This document shows positions 38,574 through 47,441 of a DNA stretch of 64,000 nucleotides, piece after piece. The translations under genes were made by a program, and so were the position numbers. The first letter of the stretch is position 1. Every line of letters starts with the position of its first letter. The notes beneath the pieces were generated by a model that saw only the letters and a program-made list of their open reading frames with translations, had not been told where the DNA came from and did no database searches. The DNA comes from Candidatus Collierbacteria bacterium (GTDB lineage Bacteria > Patescibacteriota > Microgenomatia > UBA1400 > JACPES01). The stretch is taken from assembly GCA_016219325.1 (NCBI GenBank), contig JACRNH010000026.1, forward strand, positions 3,098-67,097, in the 5' to 3' direction.

Positions 38574-39880
38574 AACTTCAGGATACCCTGAATTTTGAGA
38601 TCTTGAATTTGCTGATTTTTAGTCTCTATCCCCAATAATTTATTGCCGATTAAATACTCAAACAAAGCTTCTGCCACCCGACCATGACCCCGGGCATTAA
38701 AATGGCCGTCCCTTTCATAAAAATACCGCTCTGTTTTTTTATCAGATAACACCGACAAGACGTCAAGATAGCGGATTTTTTCCTGTTCAAAAAAATCGCG
38801 GAATTCTTTCTGTGGTACGGCAGAGGCCAATTTAACCTCTTTTTTTTCACCAGTTAATCCTGAGTAACGCGACACCTCCTGCGGATCAGGCATTATTAAA
38901 ACTAGTAACTTATTACCCGATTTATCAACCGCGCGGTTCATGCCGCCAAAAACAAATTTTAATTTCCGCTTAGATTCCAATAAAATTTCATTGCACTTAT
39001 CCTCATCAACACAGTCTTTACTCTTTTCCTGCGTTACTTTAGGAACGCTGGTATCAATATTTAATATTTTTTTGAGGCGGTCAACAGCGGTTGGAGAATA
39101 TTTTTCCAAGGCTGTCATCAAAAGTATCGCTAAATGAGAATTACGAAGACCGGGAATTGCGAACTTCCATTCTGTCGGCCGGCTCTTGGCTAATCTACCG
39201 TATTTAATAACGGTATCCGGAAGCCGAACAACTGTCGGCATCCCGTCCTTATCCGTCTCTACCCAATCCGTATTGGCCATATCGCTGAAATCGTTATATG
39301 GAAACAACGATGTTATAACCATGTCAGGTTGAAATTTTTTTCCGAAGCTATTGTAATAAGCGTAAAAACCGTCCGGACCATACCCGCCGAGAAAACCGCC
39401 ATTGGCAACTTCGAATTTAATATTTTGATTAGTAGTTTTAGAAAATATATTTAGATTGCGTTCAAGTACTGCAGAAAAAGTCTCCCCGTCTTCCACCCCC
39501 CAACCGAAGGTCATTGAATCGCCTAAAATTAAAATCCGGTAAATCCCGACCGGTTTGGATTCAGAAACGTTTTCAGTATCGCGGAAACCGGCATTATTGG
39601 TATGAACAATGTTTTTAAATTCCCGGGTGTATCCAAGATGGACTGTATTTAAATTAGGCGAAAGCGTGAAAGGAGCTACTTGGCTGGATCGAAAAATTGA
39701 CAAGCCCTCTTTCAAAGTTTCGGCGAAAGTCGGTTGGGGATTGATATGTCTGACAATAAATTCGCCGGCGGCGACAGATATTAATATTGAAATACATACT
39801 GAAACTATCGCGAAAATAATCGTTAATTTCAGGAGACGATAACGTTCGTTTTTATTAGCAGCCGAAAGACTTGACATCAT
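38570..39880 (-). CDS. Membrane-anchored SGNH/GDSL hydrolase (putative glycan O-acyl esterase/transferase)
   Basis: N-terminal TM, ILILGDSMTFG block I, DGHFNARGHGRVAEAL block V. Confidence 0.6.
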   Translation of the reverse strand: MMSSLSAANKNERYRLLKLTIIFAIVSVCISILISVAAGEFIVRHINPQPTFAETLKEGLSIFRSSQVAPFTLSPNLNTVHLGYTREFKNIVHTNNAGFRDTENVSESKPVGIYRILILGDSMTFGWGVEDGETFSAVLERNLNIFSKTTNQNIKFEVANGGFLGGYGPDGFYAYYNSFGKKFQPDMVITSLFPYNDFSDMANTDWVETDKDGMPTVVRLPDTVIKYGRLAKSRPTEWKFAIPGLRNSHLAILLMTALEKYSPTAVDRLKKILNIDTSVPKVTQEKSKDCVDEDKCNEILLESKRKLKFVFGGMNRAVDKSGNKLLVLIMPDPQEVSRYSGLTGEKKEVKLASAVPQKEFRDFFEQEKIRYLDVLSVLSDKKTERYFYERDGHFNARGHGRVAEALFEYLIGNKLLGIETKNQQIQDLKIQGILKF

Positions 39881-39905
39881 TTATTTATTAATCATAATAA
39901 CATTC

Positions 39906-40088
39906 ATGCTTCCGTTCATCAAGAATATCCAGAGGCGTCTTTCGATATTCGGAGAGCTGTGGGAATATCTGAAAGTTAATAAAAAATGGTGGCTCGGACC
40001 GCCGATTATAATTCTACTAATTTTAGGATTATTGCTGGTATTAACCGAGGGCTCTGTGGTGGCCCCGTTTATTTATACTTTGTTCTAA
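39906..40088 (+). CDS. DUF5989/SxtK-like small membrane protein
   Basis: ELWEYLKVNKKWWLGPPIIILLILGLLLVLTEGSVVAPFIYTLF matches the remembered DUF5989 consensus that co-occurs with NodU-type carbamoyltransferases. Confidence 0.5.
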   Translation: MLPFIKNIQRRLSIFGELWEYLKVNKKWWLGPPIIILLILGLLLVLTEGSVVAPFIYTLF

Positions 40089-41218
40089 AATTGTTGAACA
40101 AAAATATTCCGTTGCTATTCCTGGCAGTATTATTAATTGCAAACTTAGAGGCTTTATTGCTTCTCCGTCATAAATCACCGTTTATATCAGATAGTTTCTT
40201 TTACCGGCATATGGTTTATCGGTATCTTGGGGATGATTACGATCAAGCCAGAAACAGAGCGATTGAGACTTTGCCTGCTAAATTAGATCAAATATCCTCA
40301 AATTTTTTCTACAATGATTCCAACTACCGCAAGGCGCTTAAACATTTTACCAAGCGCCCGTTCTACCCATGGTTAGTCGGCATAATCTACCGTTTTACAA
40401 ACCAAGAATATTTATCTTTTTTACTCCCGCAGCTATTGGCTTTAAATATTGTTTTGATTGCTTCAATTTATCTTTTCCGCCAAGGCCTAACTGATGCCGG
40501 AGCAATAATTTCGACAGCCCTGCTTGCCGCCTTTCCGCCCTTGATTGAGTGGACAACCTATTTTACCGGAGACGTTATCGGGGCCGGTTTTTGGCTGTTG
40601 CAAATCGCTTTACTTTTCAAACTGATCCAAAAACCAAAAGCAGAAAATACCAAAATTATTTTTATGGCGGTTTTAATACTGTCTTTATTAAACCGGGAAC
40701 AGAGCTTGTTGATGAACCTGATTGTTCCGATTCTTTATTTGAGTATAAAAAACCGACCGGCTAAGAGAATATTGGCAACCATATGGAAGCTTACTGTTTT
40801 AATTTCAATGATTTATCTGTCTGTTTTAAAGTTGACCAGACAATACACCATTCTCGACACCATTTCATATTTGAGGAACAATTATGGCTTATCTGAAAAT
40901 GTCTACACATTCAGCCAAAACATTCCGTTCATCCTGCAATCAATTATCTATGCCCATCAATCTTTTTTAATTGATTTGACCCATCACCGCTGGTGGCTGG
41001 CAATCGCCCTAACCGGAATTATCGGCGCGGTTTTCACTATGAAGCGGCCAAAAATAATCGATGCCGTCATGTTGGCGTCGGCCGTCGGCTCATACGCGGC
41101 TATTTTCATTTACCCGTCTTTTAGTTACAAATACTTTTTCCCTGTAGTAATTTCTTTAATCTATTTCTCAATAAAATTAATCAGATATAATCATAGTTAC
41201 CGTGATATTCCATATTAA
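39986..41218 (+). CDS. Polytopic membrane protein, hypothetical; real start likely internal (~40085, LNKNIPLLFLAVLL)
   Basis: About 9-11 TM helices; ORF-track start overlaps DUF5989 gene. Confidence 0.35.
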   Translation: MVARTADYNSTNFRIIAGINRGLCGGPVYLYFVLKLLNKNIPLLFLAVLLIANLEALLLLRHKSPFISDSFFYRHMVYRYLGDDYDQARNRAIETLPAKLDQISSNFFYNDSNYRKALKHFTKRPFYPWLVGIIYRFTNQEYLSFLLPQLLALNIVLIASIYLFRQGLTDAGAIISTALLAAFPPLIEWTTYFTGDVIGAGFWLLQIALLFKLIQKPKAENTKIIFMAVLILSLLNREQSLLMNLIVPILYLSIKNRPAKRILATIWKLTVLISMIYLSVLKLTRQYTILDTISYLRNNYGLSENVYTFSQNIPFILQSIIYAHQSFLIDLTHHRWWLAIALTGIIGAVFTMKRPKIIDAVMLASAVGSYAAIFIYPSFSYKYFFPVVISLIYFSIKLIRYNHSYRDIPY

Positions 41219-41984
41219 AGAACTCTACAAATACCGTGAATTGTTGTGGGTTCTGACCGCCAGAGAACTTAAAGTCCGTTACAAACAAACCTCCTTAGGA
41301 GTTCTTTGGGCGATTATTCAACCTCTTTCACTAATGCTTATTTTTACGATGGTTTTCAGTTACTTTACTAAAATAAATTCCGAGGGACTCCCTTACCCGA
41401 TTTTCAGCTACACCGCTCTTTTGCCGTGGACTTTCTTCCAAACCGCGGTTCAATTTGGCTCAATGAGCGTCGTCAATAACTCCGGCCTAATCACCAAAGT
41501 CTGGTTCCCGCGGGAAATTCTACCCCTGTCTTCCCTGCTGGCCGCTTTAGTTGATTTTCTAATCGCCGGAACATTGCTTATCGGTCTAATGATATTTTAC
41601 GGCACCGCTATTACCCCAAACATCTTCTGGCTATTGCTGCTTATCCCGCTCCAAATGGTGATTACCGCCGGAATTAATCTTCTTCTGGCCGCCTTGGTGG
41701 TGATGTTTCGCGATTTAAAGTTCGTGATTCCCTTGGGACTCCAAATATTATTTTATGCCACTCCGATAATTTACTCCATCAACATTATCCCCGACCGATT
41801 TGTTAAACTGGTTCTGGCCAATCCGCTCACCGGTTTGGTCGACAGTTACCGTAAAATTCTTCTCCAGGGTCAACCGCCAAATTTCTATTACCTTTCTTCC
41901 AGTTTGGTTACCGGACTGGCGCTATTGATATCGGGATACTGGTTTTACAAGCGGGTAGATAAAAGATTTGCGGATATCATTTGA
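41202..41984 (+). CDS. ABC-2 type transporter permease (Wzm/TagG/KpsM-like polysaccharide exporter)
   Basis: ELLWVLTARELKVRYKQTSLGVLWAIIQPL N-terminal signature, 6 TM. Confidence 0.7.
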   Translation: MIFHIKELYKYRELLWVLTARELKVRYKQTSLGVLWAIIQPLSLMLIFTMVFSYFTKINSEGLPYPIFSYTALLPWTFFQTAVQFGSMSVVNNSGLITKVWFPREILPLSSLLAALVDFLIAGTLLIGLMIFYGTAITPNIFWLLLLIPLQMVITAGINLLLAALVVMFRDLKFVIPLGLQILFYATPIIYSINIIPDRFVKLVLANPLTGLVDSYRKILLQGQPPNFYYLSSSLVTGLALLISGYWFYKRVDKRFADII

Positions 41985-42032
41985 AGAGAGGGCCAAAATT
42001 AAGGACGCGGTAAATTTACTAAAAATCCCGAT

Positions 42033-42296
42033 TTAATTAATTTGTTTTCCTTCTAATAAGAAAGGGACGTTTTTCTCGAACCCGAACATTTTTTTAAATT
42101 TAGAGACTATATTAAGTTCTTCGGGGAATACTCCGATAATCTCCAAGCCGATCGGCACGCCTTGTTTATCTTTAACAATTACGTCATTAGAGTAAGTAGA
42201 ATTCACTTCTTCAGACACAAAAGCTCTGGCAGGACTACCCCACCAAATATTCATGGTATTTCCAACCGGATCGAGTAATACTTTCATTTTGGCCAT
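42033..42296 (-). CDS. DUF2283-family putative antitoxin
   Basis: MKVLLDPVGNTMNIW...DKQGVPIGLEII resembles DUF2283 (YDPEADALYI...DGRLVGIEIL). Confidence 0.45.
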   Translation of the reverse strand: MAKMKVLLDPVGNTMNIWWGSPARAFVSEEVNSTYSNDVIVKDKQGVPIGLEIIGVFPEELNIVSKFKKMFGFEKNVPFLLEGKQIN

Positions 42297-42613
42297 AGTT
42301 TTTCTCCTTTATCAATCACTTTTTTCGTCTGATAAACCGTCACCACAAATCCACTACCGTTCAGATGCTTTGCCACTACTATGAGTATATCACCGTCCAT
42401 TTGTTTGCGGTAAAGCGCGATTGTCTCATCTTTCACGCTTCTAAATGCGCTATCTGGTTTTTGCAGGGCCTGCCCGACTTCCCGAACACCATATTTTAAT
42501 TCTTGATGTTTTTCCGTTTTTATTTTTTCCCAATATTGTTTTGACGTTCGGATTCTTTTTCCGAATACATCGATAACTTCAAAGAGCTGATCGGCAGAAA
42601 CAATATTTTTCAT
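42284..42613 (-). CDS. DUF4258-family putative toxin
   Basis: H..L..G.REV..AL and C-terminal ...VVTVYQ (DUF4258-like VITVY end); overlaps downstream DUF2283 gene by 13 nt. Confidence 0.45.
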   Translation of the reverse strand: MKNIVSADQLFEVIDVFGKRIRTSKQYWEKIKTEKHQELKYGVREVGQALQKPDSAFRSVKDETIALYRKQMDGDILIVVAKHLNGSGFVVTVYQTKKVIDKGEKLWPK

Positions 42614-42672
42614 TAATCAGGATTATCCTTTCGCATATGATTCTACAATAAATGTAATGTTACAATGTTTCA

Positions 42673-43455
42673 ATGGTTAATTCTGTTATAAATTTCCACC
42701 ACGTCTCCAAACAATATGTCAAGCAGCGCTTACGCTATGGAATGTTATCTGAGACCATTGGCCGATTGTTCATCAACGACCATTCCGGCAAAGCCGGATC
42801 CCGCTCTGCGGGACAACAATCAACCATTAACCATAATGTTATTAAGGCCCTCGACAACGTTAGTTTTGACATTAATAAAGGTGAGGCTTTAGGAATAATC
42901 GGCCCCAACGGCGCCGGCAAAAGCACAATTTTAAAATTAATTTCCAAAGTTACCGTTCCCGACTCCGGCCAAGTCACCGCAAACGGAAAGATCGGGGCTC
43001 TGATTGAGTTAGGCGCCGGCCTGCATCCGGAATTAACCGGCCGGGAAAATATATTTTTATACGGAGCGATTTTAGGGATGAAAAAACAGGAAGTCGAAGC
43101 CAAATTTGAAGACATCGTCGCCTTTGCCGAAATTAAAGAATTATTGGATATGCCCATCAAACGCTATTCATCCGGGATGTACGCCCGCTTGGGGTTTGCC
43201 GTCGCCGTCCAAATGGAACCGGATATCTTGCTGATTGACGAAGTCCTGGCCGTCGGCGACGAAAGTTTTCAAAAAAAGTGCTTTGCCAAAATGAAGCAAG
43301 CAAAAAACAAAGGCATCACTGTCGTTTTTGTCTCCCATAACCTCGATTGGATCAAGTTAATCTGCGACCGAGTTCTCTTAATCCAGCACGGCAAAATTAT
43401 TGCCGACCGCTCGCCCTGGCGCGCGATTTCCGCCTATCACTCCATATCATCATGA
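42673..43455 (+). CDS. ABC transporter ATP-binding protein (Wzt/TagH-like, no C-terminal carbohydrate-binding domain); carries P4 in-frame element
   Basis: Walker A GPNGAGKST, signature YSSGM, Walker B LLIDEVLAVGD, H-loop SHN. Confidence 0.8.
   Translation: MVNSVINFHHVSKQYVKQRLRYGMLSETIGRLFINDHSGKAGSRSAGQQSTINHNVIKALDNVSFDINKGEALGIIGPNGAGKSTILKLISKVTVPDSGQVTANGKIGALIELGAGLHPELTGRENIFLYGAILGMKKQEVEAKFEDIVAFAEIKELLDMPIKRYSSGMYARLGFAVAVQMEPDILLIDEVLAVGDESFQKKCFAKMKQAKNKGITVVFVSHNLDWIKLICDRVLLIQHGKIIADRSPWRAISAYHSISS
42786..42817. repeat. P4 palindrome CGGCAAAGCCGGATCCCGCTCTGCGGGACAAC in ABC ATPase gene (KAGSRSAG)
   Basis: Read directly. Confidence 0.7.
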
Positions 43456-43703
43456 CTCAAAAACGCCGAATTCTATTTCTGGTAATCTTAATTATTATCG
43501 CCGCCGCCATTAACGCGATCAAAACTCAAAACAGAGTATCTCAAAAAGAATTTACGACCCAAGTTCTCGACCAATACATTAAATATTACTGCCCCAACGC
43601 CGGAACTTGCTCCCGGGAAAAAGCTCTGTCAAGTCTCCGCAGTGACTGGCCGCAACTGTACTCACGGGGCTTCTCTATTCTTGAAAACAATGAAACGCAA
43701 TAA
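43453..43703 (+). CDS. Small hypothetical membrane-anchored protein (about 83 aa)
   Basis: ATG at ~43453 (MTQKRRILFLVILIIIAAAINAIK...), in-frame continuation of an upstream spurious ORF. Confidence 0.3.
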
Positions 43704-44868
43704 ATGGCTCTACCTTTGGCTGTTACTAGTCGGAATTATCTACCTGGCGCCTTGGTGGAGAAGCGTATATTTCCTCTGGGATGACATAGAGTTTTTGATT
43801 CTCTTAAAGTTCCATCTATGGAATACCCTACTTTTGTCTCATGAATATCAATTTTTCCCTATATTCCAGATTTTCTATTGGATAGAAATTCAATTATTCG
43901 GAGTCAACCCGTCTCTTTTTTTTCTCGTTTCAGTCGTCCTTCACATTGTCAATATTTTTCTTGCCTCAAGCCTTACTTTCCGACTAACGAAGAGTGAATT
44001 TTCCTCTGTGCTTGCAGCAATCCTGGTTAGCTTTAACAAATCCTTTTTCGAAATCATCTTTTGGCCTACTCTCCAATCTAATCTTCTCTTAACCACATCT
44101 TCTTTATTTGCTGTTTATCTCTTTTTAAAATCAAAAAATCAATACAATAACTACGATGCATTAAAATTATTTTTGATTATTCTAATCGGTAATTTCCTGT
44201 TTGGTTTCGGTATTGCGGTAGGTTTTATCTTCACTTTTACCGCTCTGATATTTTTTAATCCGGGAAAAGGAAGAAGCGTTCTTTCTTTCCTGACGGCGGC
44301 GGCAAGTATCATTGGAGTTATCGCTATCATATCTTTTTCAACCGCCGAACTTCGCCAAGAAGGAAAAATGCCTGAGTTGTCTTTCCGGCAACTTTCGCAA
44401 ATTGTTTATTTCACCGCCGTCGGCCCGTCGGAAGGAATCATTAGCCGTTTCTTTCTCCCCGGATTCGTCCCAAACATTTACAGCCTTCCCAACATATTGA
44501 TCATGATTCTAATTCCGGGAATACTCGTTATCTTTACCGGATTTCTGGTATATCGATTCTTCAAAAAAAAGTCATGGAAAAAATCATTATATCCGCTTTT
44601 TATGTTTTACTCTCTCACTGTTGCGCCATACGCCATCGCTGCGCTGGCCAGATCGGCAAATGGAGCGTATAAAGCGCTGGCCGACCGCTATGTCTACTAT
44701 CCGTTGTTCTTTTTTGTCTTGGCGCTTATTTACAGCTTATTTCTGTTTCAAAAACTACTCGGGATAAAACAAAGGCTATTTCACATATTGACGGTAGGAA
44801 TGACGATTATTATCGTTGTCGGGCATCTCGTTGCCATGAATTTTAAAGTTAATCTTCTCTTCTTATAA
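43642..44868 (+). CDS. Polytopic membrane protein, hypothetical (real start likely MKRNKWLYLW ~43693)
   Basis: About 10 TM, no soluble domain. Confidence 0.35.
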   Translation: MTGRNCTHGASLFLKTMKRNKWLYLWLLLVGIIYLAPWWRSVYFLWDDIEFLILLKFHLWNTLLLSHEYQFFPIFQIFYWIEIQLFGVNPSLFFLVSVVLHIVNIFLASSLTFRLTKSEFSSVLAAILVSFNKSFFEIIFWPTLQSNLLLTTSSLFAVYLFLKSKNQYNNYDALKLFLIILIGNFLFGFGIAVGFIFTFTALIFFNPGKGRSVLSFLTAAASIIGVIAIISFSTAELRQEGKMPELSFRQLSQIVYFTAVGPSEGIISRFFLPGFVPNIYSLPNILIMILIPGILVIFTGFLVYRFFKKKSWKKSLYPLFMFYSLTVAPYAIAALARSANGAYKALADRYVYYPLFFFVLALIYSLFLFQKLLGIKQRLFHILTVGMTIIIVVGHLVAMNFKVNLLFL

Positions 44869-44873
44869 CTTGT

Positions 44874-46490
44874 ATGAAAACCAATAAATATACAACTCAC
44901 AGAATGCTTTCTGGAATGTGGACGACATTAACCGTTGTGTTTCTAACAATATTCACTATCGGTATGCTAAAAAACCTCGGAAACATTGCATTCTGGCAAG
45001 ATGAAGGCGAAACGATGCAGTATGCCAGGACTATCCTCAAATACGGATATCCTTCTGTCTTTGACGGCAGAAGTTTCATTCTTCTCGATACCGGAGATAC
45101 ACAGTACGATCCAAAATATTACTTCAAGTATTGGACACCTTATCTACAATCGTACGTGGCTGCCATTCCCCTGTTATTTAATCACGGCATCGCCGACACT
45201 TTCTTGATTCGTCTGCCGTTTGCCCTCTTTGCCATCGTCGGCGCCTGGGGGTCCTGGATGGTTTTTTACCGTCTCGGTTATCCAAAGTTTGCTCTATTTC
45301 TCTACAGTACTCTTCTGGCCACCTCTGTCCAGCTCTACCTCTACTGGCGCCAAGCCCGCCACTACGCCCTCCAATTTCCATTGGCGCTGGGACTTGTTTA
45401 TTCTTATCTAAATTTAGGCAAAAGAAAATGGAACATACTATTTATAGTGTCCGGTTTTTTGTTTTATCACGCCTACTACCCCGGCTTCATCGCGTTTTAC
45501 GTTGCGATAACCATCCATGCCATAATCAGAAAATACCTTGACGTTAAATATTCCCTGAAACCTCTTTTCTCCTGTACGTTTATGCTTTTTGTTCTCAATT
45601 TCCCGGCTTACTTTCTTCTCCATCACTATGCCCAACGCCCCAGTAGCAATCCTTTATTCGCCTTTACTGATTACTTACTCGAATTAAACTATTTCGCCTA
45701 CTTTAAAATCACGGCGCTCTCGTTAATAATTGTCATTTTATATTTCCTCAAGTCCGAAAAACTAACCAACTTCAAACAAATATTGAACAGCTTATTATGT
45801 TCTCATAAATATTCACTCATTCTCTTCTTGCTTATTGTAGGTATCGTTCCTTCCATATCATCTTTTGGAGTTCAAAACCCACGTTACATTAGTATAGTTT
45901 TTCCTTTCGCCTTTCTTCTTGCCGGGACATCTTGGAAAAAACTCGTTGAACTTATTTCCATTAAACTTTCAATTTCTAATGTCGGCGGGAAGATAATCGG
46001 CCTCATAATTTTTTTCCTCTTGGTCAATATTTCCCATCCAGGATTTCCGTCACAGATAAAACAATTTTATGGCGAACTCAATAATGTTTATATCGGTCCG
46101 GTTACCGGCATCGTAAATACCATAACCGGTGTCGAAAAACCGCAACAACGAATTAACGCCGCGTCTTCTCTTCGCCCCGATCTTCTCATCGCCACTAATT
46201 TCGAAAACGCCGCCCTCTACGGTTACATGAACAATCAATTATTAAGCTATTTCGGACCCGCAGACAAATACAAATACGGCATCCGCCTCCCCGACTGGGT
46301 GATTATCAGAAAAGATTGGGGACAGGAAGAATACTTGCGGTCTTTTCTGGAAAAAGGCAATTACGAAAAAATCAAAACAGACTATTGCGATCTGCCATAC
46401 GAAAACGTCTATCTCGTCAGAACCCACAATTTCAAAACTGTCATCGATTGTCCCGACTCTAAACTAACTCTTTACAAACTAATTAAATGA
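44874..46490 (+). CDS. GT-C fold membrane glycosyltransferase (ArnT/PMT-like)
   Basis: FWQDEGETMQYAR first-loop motif, polytopic, 538 aa. Confidence 0.55.
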   Translation: MKTNKYTTHRMLSGMWTTLTVVFLTIFTIGMLKNLGNIAFWQDEGETMQYARTILKYGYPSVFDGRSFILLDTGDTQYDPKYYFKYWTPYLQSYVAAIPLLFNHGIADTFLIRLPFALFAIVGAWGSWMVFYRLGYPKFALFLYSTLLATSVQLYLYWRQARHYALQFPLALGLVYSYLNLGKRKWNILFIVSGFLFYHAYYPGFIAFYVAITIHAIIRKYLDVKYSLKPLFSCTFMLFVLNFPAYFLLHHYAQRPSSNPLFAFTDYLLELNYFAYFKITALSLIIVILYFLKSEKLTNFKQILNSLLCSHKYSLILFLLIVGIVPSISSFGVQNPRYISIVFPFAFLLAGTSWKKLVELISIKLSISNVGGKIIGLIIFFLLVNISHPGFPSQIKQFYGELNNVYIGPVTGIVNTITGVEKPQQRINAASSLRPDLLIATNFENAALYGYMNNQLLSYFGPADKYKYGIRLPDWVIIRKDWGQEEYLRSFLEKGNYEKIKTDYCDLPYENVYLVRTHNFKTVIDCPDSKLTLYKLIK

Positions 46491-47396
46491 CAGTTGCCGC
46501 TTCATTTCCAAAATCGCTTCGGAAAATGTCCGCATCGAAACATCAAGCCCCGCTTTAAGTTTTTCATTTGATAATCCGGACCAACGTGGATACGGACGAA
46601 AAGAAGTAGCCAAATATACCGATAAATTTATCGGTATAATCAATTTTGAGTTAAATCCAAAAACTCTGACTATCTCTGTAGCCGCCTGAAACGGCGATAA
46701 TGTACTTGATCCTACAACATGAAAAATTCCTGAGGGTTTGCGTTGAATAATGGTCTCGAGCGCTCCGGATATATCGTCAATATAAGTCAGGGTAAATAAC
46801 GTATCAGAGAACATTTTAAGAGTTTCTCCTTTAGAAAATTTATCCAATAACTTCCGGACGAAATCTTTTTTGTTTTCAAATTTCGTCCGAAATGGGTAGG
46901 CAATTCTAATAATCGTAAATTTGCATCCGGAATCAATTACCGCTTGCTCCCCCAACCATTTTGTCCGACCATACCAATTAATCGGATTCGGTTTATCTGT
47001 TTCTGTATAGAGTACGTTCTCCTTCCCGTCAAACACCGCGTCTGTAGAAACGTAAATTAAGTGTTTGCCTGTTTTAGCGCAAACACTGGCGATATTTCTT
47101 GTCCCCTCCACATTTATCTGATAGCATAATGCCTTTTTATCGTTTTTTTGTTTTTCCGCCTCATCTAAATCCGTAAAAGCTGCAAAGTGAATCACTACTT
47201 CTGAATCGTCTTTTATAATCGCGTTTTCTAAACTTTTTTTATCGGAAATGTTTACCCCGTTAGATCTGCTTAAATTTGTCCAATCAAAAACATCTGCGGT
47301 CAATTCCTTGACTCTTGACCCTACTAGTCCGGTTAACCCCGTTCCAATCACTTTAGTTTTATCGTTCATCATTTGGTCATTGGAACATTTGAACAT
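46479..47396 (-). CDS. dTDP-4-dehydrorhamnose reductase-like (RmlD family SDR)
   Basis: VIGTGLTGLVGSRV, YGRTK catalytic motif, about 290 aa core; ORF-track N-terminus reads through upstream leader repeat. Confidence 0.6.
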   Translation of the reverse strand: MFKCSNDQMMNDKTKVIGTGLTGLVGSRVKELTADVFDWTNLSRSNGVNISDKKSLENAIIKDDSEVVIHFAAFTDLDEAEKQKNDKKALCYQINVEGTRNIASVCAKTGKHLIYVSTDAVFDGKENVLYTETDKPNPINWYGRTKWLGEQAVIDSGCKFTIIRIAYPFRTKFENKKDFVRKLLDKFSKGETLKMFSDTLFTLTYIDDISGALETIIQRKPSGIFHVVGSSTLSPFQAATEIVRVFGFNSKLIIPINLSVYLATSFRPYPRWSGLSNEKLKAGLDVSMRTFSEAILEMKRQLSFN

Positions 47397-47435
47397 TGGA
47401 ACATATGCTTTAATGTTTAAATGCTCCCATGATCT
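47372..47435. promoter_or_regulatory. IG-C leader repeat copy upstream of minus-strand RmlD-like gene
   Basis: TCATTGGAACATTTGAACATTGGAACATATGCTTTAATGTTTAAATGCTCCCATGA. Confidence 0.5.
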
Positions 47436-47441
47436 CTTGTT

